This document shows positions 1-12,384 of a stretch of 64,000 nt of DNA, piece after piece; the stretch's first letter is position 1, and every line of letters begins with the position of its first letter. Under the pieces are notes generated by a model. It worked only from the letters and a program-made list of their open reading frames with translations, was not told the origin of the DNA and did no database searches. The position numbers and the translations under genes were made by a program. Source of the stretch: Daphnia carinata (lineage: Eukaryota); assembly GCF_022539665.2 (NCBI RefSeq), contig NC_081331.1, positions 10,602,001 through 10,666,000 of the forward strand, read 5' to 3'.

Positions 1-882
1 CCGGCCGGTAGCAGCTGCTGTTGTCGTAGTTATTTGGTTAAGGATGTCCTTCAAAAATATTGATCAAAAATTGGATGAAACGTGAACGAGATTTTGCGTG
101 CAGACGAAAATAAAAAGTGAAATACCAACCCGCAAAAGATTGATCAGAAGCATTAGGCCCAGTAAAGCTACTGCATTGCTGCCGTTCGACCTATGATAAG
201 GAACCAAAAAGAAAGAAATAAGCCATTGGTGCAAATGGTATTCATGCAAATAAATAAGAAAATAGAAGGGAAAATAGGAAATGGCTTTTCGATGCTACAT
301 CAGATTCCCGTACTCAATTTTTACCTGTATCAAATTGAGTAGGTAAAGGAAGCCCAACAGAGATACGGCTGATGTGTTCAAATACGACCTAATTTAATGT
401 TATTTATTTATTACCTAGGTCAATCAAATCTGAGGGCGGAAGTGGATGAAAGTATGGATTTCTCGAGAGTACATGAAAATATTGAATTACTTACCCTCCT
501 TGTCCGTATCCTCCTCCTCCCCCATGACCATATCCTCCACCATAACTAGCTCCTCCGTGTCCATAACCTCCTCCACCGTGTCCATAACTTCCTCCACCGT
601 AACCTCCTCCCCCGTAGGAGGAAGCGGCGGCCTTCGAATCAGCTGCTCTCGACGATATTGGAGAACTCGTACCTTCTTCATCTGAAAATGAATAACATAT
701 TTTTTCATGTTTCTAAAAGAAACTGAATAAGAATATGAGTACTTACGACTCGTCATCGCCGAAAAGGTAGCCGAATGGTCAGTTAGTCCACTCATTTGGC
801 GCCAAGCATCGCTAGCATCGTAGGTTCCCGAACTACCACTCAGGGTCGCGATGATAAGCACTGCTGTTAACCAAGTCCGCAT
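1..882 (-). CDS. Secreted Gly/Tyr/His-rich (GGY-repeat) protein, 3' end runs out of the window; exons 882-747, 681-495, then 388-325 OR 190-130, then 48-1
   Basis: ATG at 882 starts a signal-peptide-like MRTWLTAVLIIATLSGS. GT-AG introns have consistent phases. Exon 2 reads ...KAAASSYGGGGYGGGSYGHGGGGYGHGG... in a frame the ORF track misses. The last exon reads DILNQITTTTAAATGR. Confidence 0.8.
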
Positions 883-959
883 TGCAGGCAACTTACTACT
901 TCTACTTTTCTCGTTCTCAATCGCGATACTTTTCTGAACAAGAGCTTGCTTACCGCCAC

Positions 960-967
960 TATTTATA
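960..967 (-). promoter_or_regulatory. TATA box (TATAAATA) of the Gly-rich protein gene
   Basis: Consensus TATAAATA on the minus strand about 80 nt upstream of the ATG at 882. Confidence 0.55.
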
Positions 968-1431
968 CGTTTCCCATAACGTCCACGTAAAAATTACCGT
1001 TAAGGTCAAAGGACTGTGAAAGAGAATTCTTTTTTTCATTTCGTTTTTCCTCTCGTCTTTGTTTGGTACACAAATGTTGTTATCTTGAAGACATTTCTAA
1101 AGACGAATTTAACGGGCATAGCTAGCGAACGTTGACCGAACACACTGGACCCAACGTAAAACAAAGATGGACGTCACGGTTGTGATATTTAATAATGAAA
1201 CACTAGAAAGGTAACGGAAGTCGACAACTTGCAAGTGGTTATATTTATGTCTGATGATAAATAGGAGGCCTATGGTTACTGAATTCAATTAAATTCAAGT
1301 AAAATTTAATGTACCATGGTCTACGACAGGCACAAAAACAACCCTTTACGCATTTTCCAACTTACAAAAAGTTTCTTAACAGATGCCATTTTATGTTTCA
1401 ACAAGGAATGCGCTTAAAGATCGAAATTAGA

Positions 1432-1690
1432 TATCGATAAATCCCAGTAAAAAAATCTGATGAAACCTCTCCTGACGATGTGCTTCAACACTCATTTCCC
1501 TTAAGGGCTAGTCCTTGTTCGGCCATGCCGCCGAAAGGCGGCTAGCGTTCGTCATTTGTTTTGTCTTCTGTTGCCTACGGCTTAAGCGGTGGCGCTGTGT
1601 CGCATTAGTACCACGCGCCATCTATCTTGCTCGTCGGAGCCCGAAACTCTGAATTGTCTTTTTCGTGCCGCTCGTGGCAGAAGTGTAAGT
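1432..1690 (+). promoter_or_regulatory. eIF5A housekeeping promoter: DRE (TATCGATA 1432-1439), TCT/5'TOP-like initiator (~1656-1664) and short non-coding exon 1 ending at 1684
   Basis: Perfect DRE; TGTCTTTTTC followed about 25 nt later by a GTAAGT donor at 1685; matching acceptor TTTAG at ~2163 just before the ATG. Confidence 0.55.
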
Positions 1691-2199
1691 ATCACTTTTC
1701 GTATTCTGTATTTTGTTACTTTTATTGCACACCTGGCAACAGTAATTGTTTCTTTCAATTGAAAAATATTGGCTTAAGATCTTACGTTTAATTTGAACAA
1801 AGTGTTTACCGTTTATGGTTATTAATAGTTAGTTTTCTGGGATTGGTAAACGCTGGTAGTCGAAGTGGGAATGACACATGGCACATGAGGTTACTTGGGC
1901 GCCATGTTGGGATTCTAGCCGGCCTTTTTTGCATATTGTTGTTGCATATTTGGTCTCTTGTGGTGGCTTATTCGTTCTCTCTGATCTCATCTTCGAGTAG
2001 AAATTGCTGAATTACTTTAACGGTTGCCATTACTGTCTATCTACTGTTAGTTCGTAAGTTATTGGCAACTGCGTCCACGTAAATTAGCTCGAGATGGGAT
2101 TAGAATTTTTCTAGATTTTGTAAACATTAAATTGTGAACTAATTGAGCATTTGTTTTCTTTAGTGTTTATTTGCATCCATTCCCCTGAACTTGTACAAC

Positions 2200-2878
2200 A
2201 TGGCAGAGCTTGAAGACACCCAGTTTGAGTCAGGGGATTCTGGAGCCTCAGCAACTTTTCCCATGCAATGCTCTGCACTTCGCAAAAACGGTTTCGTCAT
2301 GTTGAAGGTTGGTAATGTTTTACCTCAAATTTGAGAAAATTATAACTGTTTTTTTTTGTTTTCTACAGGCAAGGCCTTGCAAGATTGTTGAAATGTCTAC
2401 GTCCAAGACTGGCAAACATGGCCACGCCAAGGTCCACATGGTTGGTATAGACATCTTCAATGGAAAGAAACTTGAAGATATCTGCCCATCTACTCACAAC
2501 ATGGATGTCCCTGTTGTAAAGAGGGAGGATTTCACTGTAATTTTGTTGATTAATTTTCAGAAAATTGGAATGTGAGGTTGATCATTTTTTGCCCTAGCTG
2601 ATTGACATTTCTGGTGATGGATATCTTTCAATGATGAATGACAACGGAGATTTGCGTGAAGATCTCAAGGTTCCAGATGGAGACTTGGGTAACCAAATCC
2701 GAACTGATTTCGAAAACGGTCGTGAATTGCTTGTGAGTTTCTTCTTCCTTTTGATATGGAAATTACCGTAGTTTTCCTTTGAGTAACCGCCCTGTTTTTT
2801 TTGTAGTGCACCGTGCTGAAAGCCTGCGGTGAAGAGAGCGTTATTGCCGTTAAAGCCAACACAGCTGCCGAGAAGTAA
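2200..2878 (+). CDS. eIF5A: Eukaryotic translation initiation/elongation factor 5A (4 coding exons)
   Basis: [36 protein letters not shown]...; hypusine-site motif [13 protein letters not shown]-terminus [23 protein letters not shown]. Confidence 0.97.
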
Positions 2879-3458
2879 TTCACATACAAATCGTGAAGCG
2901 TTTCACTTCCAACTGGTTACCAATAAAAATGGAGAGAAACACGAAAAAAAAAATAAACGGGAAACAGCTGTGGATATTGGATTCAAATTCTACTTTTCTT
3001 TCTTATCATTTTGCCTCCTGCTGATTGAATGTTAATCTTGGTGAGAAATGGGTATCTAACCTTGTTGCCTGGTTTCATTGAAGAAGTTCATCTTGTTCTG
3101 AATTACTATTACCTCCCTCGTTCGATCCAATGGGTCAATAGACAGACTTGTTAATGAACGCTACACGCTATTCTGCAGTTAATTGCAAAATGGTTGTTTT
3201 TAATCTTACTTTACTCATACCCATTTCCCATGCAGCAAACGAAAGAGTTCAATAAATCAATTTCAAGCACTTCATACGAAGTATTAAAAGATAATTCACT
3301 TCAAATTTTTATTTTCCAATCAACATGTGAATTGAAGCAAAACGGGCAACAACGATGCTTGATTGGGTGTGGATGTTTTATACTTTACAGGAGGGGGAAA
3401 ACTTGGTTGAATAAGGAAAATTATAGGAAGATGCAAGTAATAATAATTAATATATCAG

Positions 3459-4531
3459 TTAGGGATCGCTTTTGCCTTGTCGCTTCTGCAAAGCATTTGC
3501 CAAATCTTCACTAAATGCTTGCTTTTGCTTTTGATCGGCCAACGGCTGAATGGAACGTAGACCGTTAACAATATCCTTGGTCTTCCCAAAATAGATTTCA
3601 TTCAAAGTGTGCCTGATTTTGTTTTCCATGTCTTCGACCAGACGGCCCATATTTACTATGTGCGACGAAGGTTCACTAACTGTTCCATCTTGTTCCATCT
3701 AGAATACAAAATGTCCAACAAATGAATCAGAATTGCGTACGATTGGAAATTTAAAAATTCCTACTACCTGACGTGTTAAGCTTCCACCAAGATTCATCGT
3801 ACCGGAACCAGGGCGACTGGTCTGCAGCCAAAGCATTACTGTCGACGTCAGTTTATAGTGCGCCGAACGACCAGTTGACTTTTCTTGCACTTCAATGACA
3901 TGGATCGAATCCCAGCATCCTTTAATATTTCGTGCACCATCACCGGCTCGTTTTATGAGAATAACTCCAGCAAAACCATGATCCAAGTCCCAAAGGTACA
4001 CAGAGGAGACTCCACCTTCAAAATACATTTGACGATATTGATCAAATGCAGCATTGGCTTCTACTTCCAGCCTGCGCAGTCTGTCAGTTGGCAGTGTTCC
4101 ATCTTCAAGATGTGGTTCGTAGGTGTTGCTCCAAGGGGAACTTTAAAAAATAAAATATTATAATAGTAAATGTGAAACCTGAAGTAGACAATAACTACCG
4201 ATAAGAGTCTCCATCACGGTTGTAATCACAGAGAAGGTAGTCTTTTCCTTCCTTCTTATCACGGGCAATTTTTAGTGGTTGGTCCACAGAAGACAGAAGA
4301 TCCTCACACAGCTCAGGAACTAGGTCAATCAGGTCACTGAGATTTTTCTCAATCTGCTGAGGTGGGAGTCGTCGCATCAGGTCCAACGCCCGGTTCAATT
4401 GCTCCTCCGTCTGGAAAAATAAAATTGAGCAACATCATAGAGCGAATCGAAAGTGTAGTTAAAATTCGGACAGTCATTGTAGAGGTCAAAATGGCAGTAA
4501 AAAAGATTTTTCCATCTTTAAAACTTACCAT
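3459..4531 (-). CDS. cpb: F-actin capping protein beta subunit; first coding exon is the ATG alone (4531-4529, then GTAAGT)
   Basis: [91 protein letters not shown]: diagnostic CapZ-beta blocks with consistent splice phases. Confidence 0.96.
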
Positions 4532-5178
4532 TTTCCAAAACTGACACGAATGGCAGACTTTTGTGATAATAAATGAAACTGAAAAGGACTTCCGGCCTGC
4601 CTTTTTCCCAGGAAAACCAGAAAAATGGGCGAGGTGACTGAAGTGTTTCAGCGGTGTGACAAACACATAATGTTGTTAAACCTACTGTTGCGCTAGCACA
4701 TAGAAATTAGAACTTCCCTGGATCCCAAAAATATCTTTTTCCGCACTGATAATGGAGTTTATAGAAGTAATGGAACTGTACCGAATTCGAACTGATTATA
4801 CGAATTATATTTAACACTACACAACCTGCCACACGTTAATTACAAGAGGAAAATAATCTGATCAGTCCAATGGAATGAAACATTGAATCATTGATCTTCA
4901 AGCAAAATTCATAACTGATGAATCTCAGTTCGCCTCCTGGCGGCTGAATAAAAAATTAGTCCTCGAAACGTCAGTTTTGCCAGTATTAACTGCCCGACTC
5001 TCATTTAATAGGTTAAAAGTTAAAAGAATTCGCTGTACCAAGTGGCAGAGATTACAGTGGAATCGTGGTTCACAATCAGTGCTGACATCAAATGGTCACA
5101 AGAGTCCGGCTGACGTGCGGACTTGTATGTAATTCTGAGGAAACGGCCGATCTGTGCCCATCCCACCTGTTGTTTTAA

Positions 5179-7871
5179 ATGACGATGCCCACACCAACCC
5201 TCGTGACTGATGGGGAAAAGGCCGAAATTAAAGTCAAGGCAGCTTATAGCGGGTATAGATGATCTCTAGGGCCAATGTTTGCAAGATCTTATTCAATTGT
5301 CCGATTACAGGAAAATTCTTGTCACATACATTAACTCTGAGATACAGTTAGAAGATCTTCGAAATGAAATGCGGGCTATTTGTCAATTCAGCCCAGACCA
5401 AGAGTTTACCATGAAGTGGATTGACGAAGAAGGTTGTACCATAGTTTAAATTCTAGATTTTTTTTAATGGTGTACTTCCCTACAGGTGACCCTTGTACAA
5501 TCTCCTCTCAAGTTGAAATTGATGAAGCCATTCGTCTGTATGAAGTGAACAATGATTCAGAGATCACAATTCATGGTATTCATAATGCATGACTTCCAGC
5601 TTAATATGAACTCATAATTTTATTCATATTCCTAGTTTTCCCCAGTGTCCCAATATCACCTGGGCTTCCATGCATGGGAGAAGATAAAAGTATTTATCGA
5701 CGCGGTGCCCGTAGATGGCGGAAATTGTACAGAGTTAATGGACATCTTTTCCAAGCAAAACGTTTTAATCGAGTAAGTTCCTAACTTAAAAAATGAAGAA
5801 AGTAAAACAAAAAAAAACTTGGGTTTAATTCCTGCATTACATTTGGCGATAGCGAGCTTCTTGTGCCTACTGCCATGACCGTATCTGGGGCCTGGGTCGA
5901 CAAGGATTCAAATGCATTCAGTGCAAGCTACTAATCCATAAAAAATGCCACAAGCTTATCAAGATCAGCTGCAATACCGAACAAGTTGCCGCGCTTAACA
6001 CCCCATCACAGGGTCACCTTCTGTCAAATAGCGTACTGAATAGCAGTTCTAGCTCCGTAGTCACGACGGCTGCTCCTGCTACCACCGTAAGTCCTGTTGT
6101 GAATATCGGGGAGCCGCCGATAGCGCTACGACAAAATGGTGATGGTACTGAAGCTCCGTCCGCTCCTCCTACAGTACAACCTATTTTTGAGTCTCACAGT
6201 GAGAGCGTTCCAGTTGATGGAAGGCCAGGTACTATTAGTAATATCTTGTCTTTTCCACAAGTAATCCATTAAGTTTTATTCCTGAATTATTAGAAGAAGG
6301 CGTGGAAGGCGGCACTGTTCAACGCCCTTATTCAATGGCGGATTTCGAATTGATCCGCGTCATCGGACGTGGTTCCTACGCCAAAGTGTTAATGGTCGAG
6401 TTAAGGCGAACTCGTCGAGTTTACGCCATGAAAGTAATCAAAAAGGAACTCGTTACTGACGATGAGGTAATCCGAATTATTCAATTCGTATTTATATCGA
6501 TTAATGAATTATCCGTTGTTTTTCAGGATATTGACTGGGTTCAAACTGAGAAACATGTTTTTGAAACGGCATCCAACCATCCTTTCCTAGTAGGCTTGCA
6601 TTCTTGCTTCCAAACGGCTTCTCGCCTTTTCTTCGTCATCGAATTCGTACGCGGTGGCGACTTGATGTTCCATATGCAACGTCAAAGACGACTTCCCGAA
6701 GAGCACGCTCGCTTTTATTCCGCCGAAATTTCTCTAGCGCTCAATTTCCTGCACGAGAAAGGAATCATTTATCGCGATTTAAAGTTGGATAACGTGTTGC
6801 TAGACCACGAAGGCCACATTAAGCTCACCGATTATGGAATGTGCAAAGAGGGCATCCGTCCGGGCGATACCACGTCTACTTTTTGTGGTACGCCCAACTA
6901 TATCGCCCCTGAAATTCTACGTGGTGAAGATTATAGTTTCAGGTAAATATTCTAAATAACCAGCCTGCAGAATACTGGCAGAAATCTCTGACCTACTTGC
7001 TTTTTCCGTTCTTATCACCAGCGTGGACTGGTGGGCACTTGGAGTATTGTTGTATGAAATGTTAGCTGGCCGTTCACCTTTCGACATTGTCGGTGCTTCA
7101 GAGAATCCAGATCAAAACACTGAAGATTATCTATTTCACGGTACAAAGAAAAAAAAAACAGTATCTTATCGCAAGTTGGTTTATGTTGTATTTACGCGGG
7201 CGAAAAAACATGCTAGGCACTCCCATTGTGTTTGAACAAGTTCATTGGGAAGGGTGAAAGGGTGGGGTTAGAGAGAGGTCTTTATCAAGATCGAGTGACC
7301 TTTTGGTGAAACTGTTTGTTATTTTTTTTTGTTATTTTTTTTTTTTGTCCTGTGTAGTCATCCTGGAAAAGACTATCCGCATTCCTAGGTCGTTATCGGT
7401 CAAAGCCTCCTCTGTTTTGAAAGGGTTTCTAAATAAGAACCCTGCGGATCGTTTGGGCTGTCGAAAAGAAACTGGATTTGTCGACATTATCCATCACCCT
7501 TTTTTCAAATCAGTCGACTGGGAAATGGTAAATAATTTGTTTCGTAATCTTGTATATATTTTATGCAACCAATTTAACCTGCTCTTGTAAATTGACAGTT
7601 GGAGAGGAAACAAGTAGCTCCACCTTACGTTCCTCGTCTAGATTCTGACCGAGATCTGGCTCATTTCCCACCCGAGTTCACTGACGAGCCAGTCCAACTG
7701 ACACCCGATGATCAGTAAGTGATCGATTGTCTAGCACTTGAGAAGCTAAAGAGGAATAAAACATCTTTTTCTTGTTTTTGTAGGTCGGTCATTGAACGTA
7801 TCGACCAGTCAGAGTTTGAGGGTTTCGAGTACGTCAATCCTCTGCTGATGTCGCTAGAAGACTGCGTTTAG
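5179..7871 (+). CDS. aPKC: Atypical protein kinase C (PB1, pseudosubstrate, C1, kinase)
   Basis: PB1 acidic motif [15 protein letters not shown], pseudosubstrate [15 protein letters not shown]1 [26 protein letters not shown] loop, [13 protein letters not shown]-terminus [18 protein letters not shown]. Confidence 0.97.
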
Positions 7872-10800
7872 GAAAAGAAATATAAAGTATCTGCTTTCAC
7901 GCCATTAAAATTTACTAAAATTGGTACAGTGGTACCATTCAACTACCACACACTTGTTTCATAGGGAAAGTTTGGCAGTTTTCATATAAACAGGGCAGCA
8001 AATTCCAATCTAGCCTATCATTTCTTCTTATTTCACCAATAAAATCGGTTCAGTATTTTTAAAATATGATAGAGCAGTTCTAACTGACTTCGCATTCATT
8101 CCAGTTCTTGCCTTATTGAAACATTTTTTCCCCTGTCACTTTTTTTGGATCTGTTGTACGACTGCCTCCTTTTGTTTGTTTGTTTCTCTCCTACTTACTT
8201 TGCCACTTACCGCTTTTCTCCTTTGCGGGTGTGTGCCTACGTGTTTTCTTTTAAAAGCCAATGTTTGGTCTTTTTTTTTTTAGCTAAAAAAATTGTCGAA
8301 TTATTATTTTCGGCTTCCACAGATCGCCTTTCCATCTTGTAAGTTGGAAATATACAAGGAAAATTCGACAAAACAACCGCTAGATGACATGCGCAGTCAA
8401 GTTGACTTGCCTTTTCAAATGCAAATAGATGAAACCTGTTGTTCGATGAGAAATGGCTCGTAACAGCAAGAGGCCTCTACATCGTGTCGTTAGCGTACTC
8501 GTTGGTTGGTTGTTTTCATGCTAAACGCTGCAAGACCGAAAAAGGAGGTTTATTGCTAAATATCGATGAGAAAAGTAGTTTTATCACGCATAAAACCGCT
8601 TGTTTATGGTTAAAAAAGAAACGTGTTCAATAGGAGGAAGTCATTGCCGGACAATTTTTTCTTGTTCTCTATAGAAGAAAGAAAGAAGAACATCGACCGT
8701 TTTGCGGTTAGATTCCCCTATACGTTTCCGACACAAGCTCTTGTGTGTGTCGAAAAGAAACGAATAAAGGAAGAAAAACACATTTTACGCTCTCTTTTTA
8801 TATTTCTCTGAGGCCGCGGAAAATGTCCCTCACCCTATGGTGTATCTTTTCCTTTTTCCCATTGCGCATTCTTCGTTTCAGGTGTTTCTTTTTGTCTTTT
8901 AGAAATAGCATTTTAAGGATGCCTGGTTATGGTTGAGTATCCTTGTTTTGTTCTTTTTTTTTTTTTTTCTAGGGGGATCTTTTAGCTTGAACACATTTTC
9001 CAATCAAGATTTCACACAATCAACTTTCCGGGGCGAGCATTTTCTTTTTTGGCTCGATTATTTTTTTTTTTTTCTACTAATTTTTATTTTTTATTTGTGT
9101 GGTTGGCAGACCGACGCAACCGAAAAAGTTACCGTTACATATTACGTCTCTCGGGCGCTCTCTACACGTAGACCTTGGGTGCCAAAATGGCCTGCAGCTT
9201 TTAAAGGTCATATTAAGCACACTTGTTAAAATGCTGCACTTAAAAAACAAATGTAGGTACAGCTGCTTGCCGACTTGTGACAACTCGGCTTTCCCTTCCT
9301 CAATTTCATATTTGTTTATATTTTCACAGAGGTGTGCTACTACTTTTTATCAAACAGATGTACGAACAGAAAGAGAGGAATCACGTCACCTCAAAATGGA
9401 TGTAATATAAATCCATGTTTGTTTGCACGTTGGATTTTTGTTCTCCACCGACGCCATCTTTGTCCCGAATGGGCGAGGAATTCTATCGATTAGATGACGT
9501 CCTTGAACTAATATAATTGATAAGCATTTTGTTTATATGCCCTTTGCCGGGCAACAGCGTCGTGTACTTTGCCTTCCTGTCTCTGTAATCTCCTATTACA
9601 TAAAACAAAGTATGTTTCATTTATCTTGATTTCACCGTGTGTTATATTGGTCATGCCTTCCATGAATCATTTTCTTCGTTATGTGTACTCAAAAGTTCAC
9701 ACATCTGGCGTGGCAACAGAGTATGGTGGCTAACTGAAAGAATGTTTGCTGTATGTTATTTGATTCTTGACGTTATAGTCATCAGTTTGAGAATTCAGTA
9801 AAAACCTAGAAAGTTTCTTTTTTTTCTTTCTTTCTTTTACCGTGGCACAAATATAAGCAACAACCGTGACGCCACCGCCGCCGACTGGAGCCATTCTTGA
9901 AACAATCATTCGACGCGCCGGCCGGGTCTCACGAAACAATCAATGGCGAAGACCCGTACAAAGAAGACGGGATGATGAAAAAGGGGTTGGTGGTAAAAGA
10001 CAAAAAAGCAAAACAAAAAACAAAAACAAAAATGGCGGTGTAAAAATAACAAAACACGAGAGACCTGCCGAGAGAAAGCCAAAGACTTGAGAACTCCTTC
10101 TCTCTAGATGCCCCCTCTGGGCTGGGGGGCATGATGACGCAAATGTTTTGGATCTTTCGATCTTTTTTTTCCTTCGTTCTTCTTTTTGCTTCTGTGTGTA
10201 TTTTGTTCATGGAGTCTCCATAGTAATGCAGTCCTCGTATAGATTTAACGCCAGATTTGTTAATATGATTAAACACGTGTCCTTTTTTTGGGTTAAATTT
10301 GATCAAAACGAAAGAGAGAGAGTTATCCTTTCAAAGAAAAAAAAGATTACGAAAGACGGTAGATTACTTTGGATTGAGCTCTAGTATTATTTGGTACATG
10401 TTTGGCAAGGTTCCTTAGCCTCTGCCGTGTTGGGCGATTCGACGACGAACGATTTGCTGGTTTCCTTCTAACGCCCAACTCTTGCATTAAAAAAACCACT
10501 GAAAAATTCTCTTTTTAAAAGGAAAGGGTGTACGCATGTAACATCTGGTTCCGCCAAAAAAAAACAACCAAAATACAAAAACAGTTTTTTTGGCCTCTTT
10601 ACTCCGAAAACACATGGAGACTGTGCAGACGACGATAGACCTCCCTTGCCCAATTTTAAAAGCGGCGCCTGGTGACGTCATGTCGCCCCGAGAGAGTCTA
10701 GCATACACACAACAGAAAACTTTTGGGAAAAACGGAACACCCATCCATCCACGTCTGTGAATGTGTTATATCGAGGTATTTTTCCCTTTTCCTCCTGGAC

Positions 10801-12384
10801 GAAATCATCAGAAAGAAAAAAAAAACATGGCGGATGAATAATGTATTAGAAAGTTCAGAACGTGGTCTTAATAACCAGAAGAAGACGGAAAGAGACTCTG
10901 ACAGAATTATTATTTTACTTCGCCTTCTATTTGTTTTCACGTGCGAAGTCGAGAAGGAAAAAAAAATTATTCAGGTCAGGGCGAGAAAATCTTTGGCGCC
11001 GAAAATCCGACGGCAGCGACGGCGACCTTTATAGGCCGCTTAGATGAATATCCGGCTAGAGAGCAGACAGCTGAGAGACTAAACTACAGCGCGGCCATCT
11101 TTGTCTGTCTGCTAGGGTGATAGTGTGGGAGGGTTTTTTCTTTTTCTGTGTATGTTTCTTTTCGTTTTCTCTGTTGCTCTTGCTTCACTAGTTCGCCCAT
11201 TTTAAAACATGGCCGACTACGGTGCAGAGCATAAGGGAATATCAAGGACGACCGACTTGCAAGACAGGCCAGTCACGTTGTTTCTCCGCCATTTTGGAAA
11301 ACGCAAGAAAAAAGTAGAATATCATGTTGCCGAATTTTGGACGATTGTAGTGGCGAAGGGAGGGGGACACAACAATATTTTCTTTAACGATAAAAAAAAA
11401 ACTTGTGGAAATTTCCGTCGTCTAGGAGGGCGTTCCATCGCGTGCGCCCGTAGTGCCAGGTTGCCGAAGCTTGTTTTCCCCTCTAACTCCCTGTTTTATT
11501 TTTTTTTTCTTTGATGTTGTTCTAAATCGGGAAAACTGCTGTTTTGCGATTTCCCCGCCAGAGGTGCACGTTTCAAGATGGCCGCCGCCATCGCCAGTCG
11601 GCGAGACATAGAGGGACACGGCGGCAGTCTAGTCGTCTAGCCTACTGTGTCAGTCTACAGTGAACATTCGTCGTGAGAAGGTGGCCTGCGTAGAAGCACG
11701 ACTTTTCTCAAGTTTAGAACGTGTGGCTCTTATTTCGACTGTGTGGTTGTGAATTTCCATAAGGAAAGATTCAACCTGAGGGAAGAGCAAATTTCCCGTA
11801 ACGAAACAATGTGATCAACATTTATTGCAAATCAAACGTCGGCCATGACGTTACGGCCTGGTTCATTATCGTTGTCGAGGGCGTTCTCTCGACTACTACC
11901 ATGGATGGTTTAGTAGTTTCGAGTAAAAGGTGATTTCTCTCTCTCTCTTCTGCTATCTGGTTCGCTCATTGAGCGTACATCTGCCGGTGTATCTTGTTTG
12001 TGTGTATATGCTTGCAAGCCAAAAGAGTGTGTGTGAGTGTATGTATGTGTACGTGTGGACTCGAAACCAGCGATAGCCTACCCAAGAGTCGGAGCCATTC
12101 TCTTCTCCTCATACGGCTTCTTCTTTCAACGCACTCGAGACTGCCATTGTACGACGAAGTTGTTGTTCCGTTCTGAAAATCACAAGTGTAAGCCTTTGAT
12201 TCGAGTATACGTGTTCGCGTTGGGGTCATACTTGACTGAAATCCCCGTTTATACGGATTTGATAGATCGCAGGTTATAGTCAACGATCGATTTAACTTTG
12301 TTGTCGAAAGTTCGTCTTGAAAAGAACGAAAAAAACGAGGAGGGGGAAGGGGGAGGGAAACTCAAGGTCGTTTGGTTGGATATC

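Noticed and set aside
446..891. ORF-track proteins 446-685(+) and 487-891(-) with Ser- or Glu/Val-rich repeats
   Set aside because: They are off-frame or antisense readings of the GGY-repeat exon; the spliced frame explains the periodicity.
1457..1480. CTGATGA..GAAA resembling a hammerhead ribozyme core
   Set aside because: No stem II or flanking stems can be formed.
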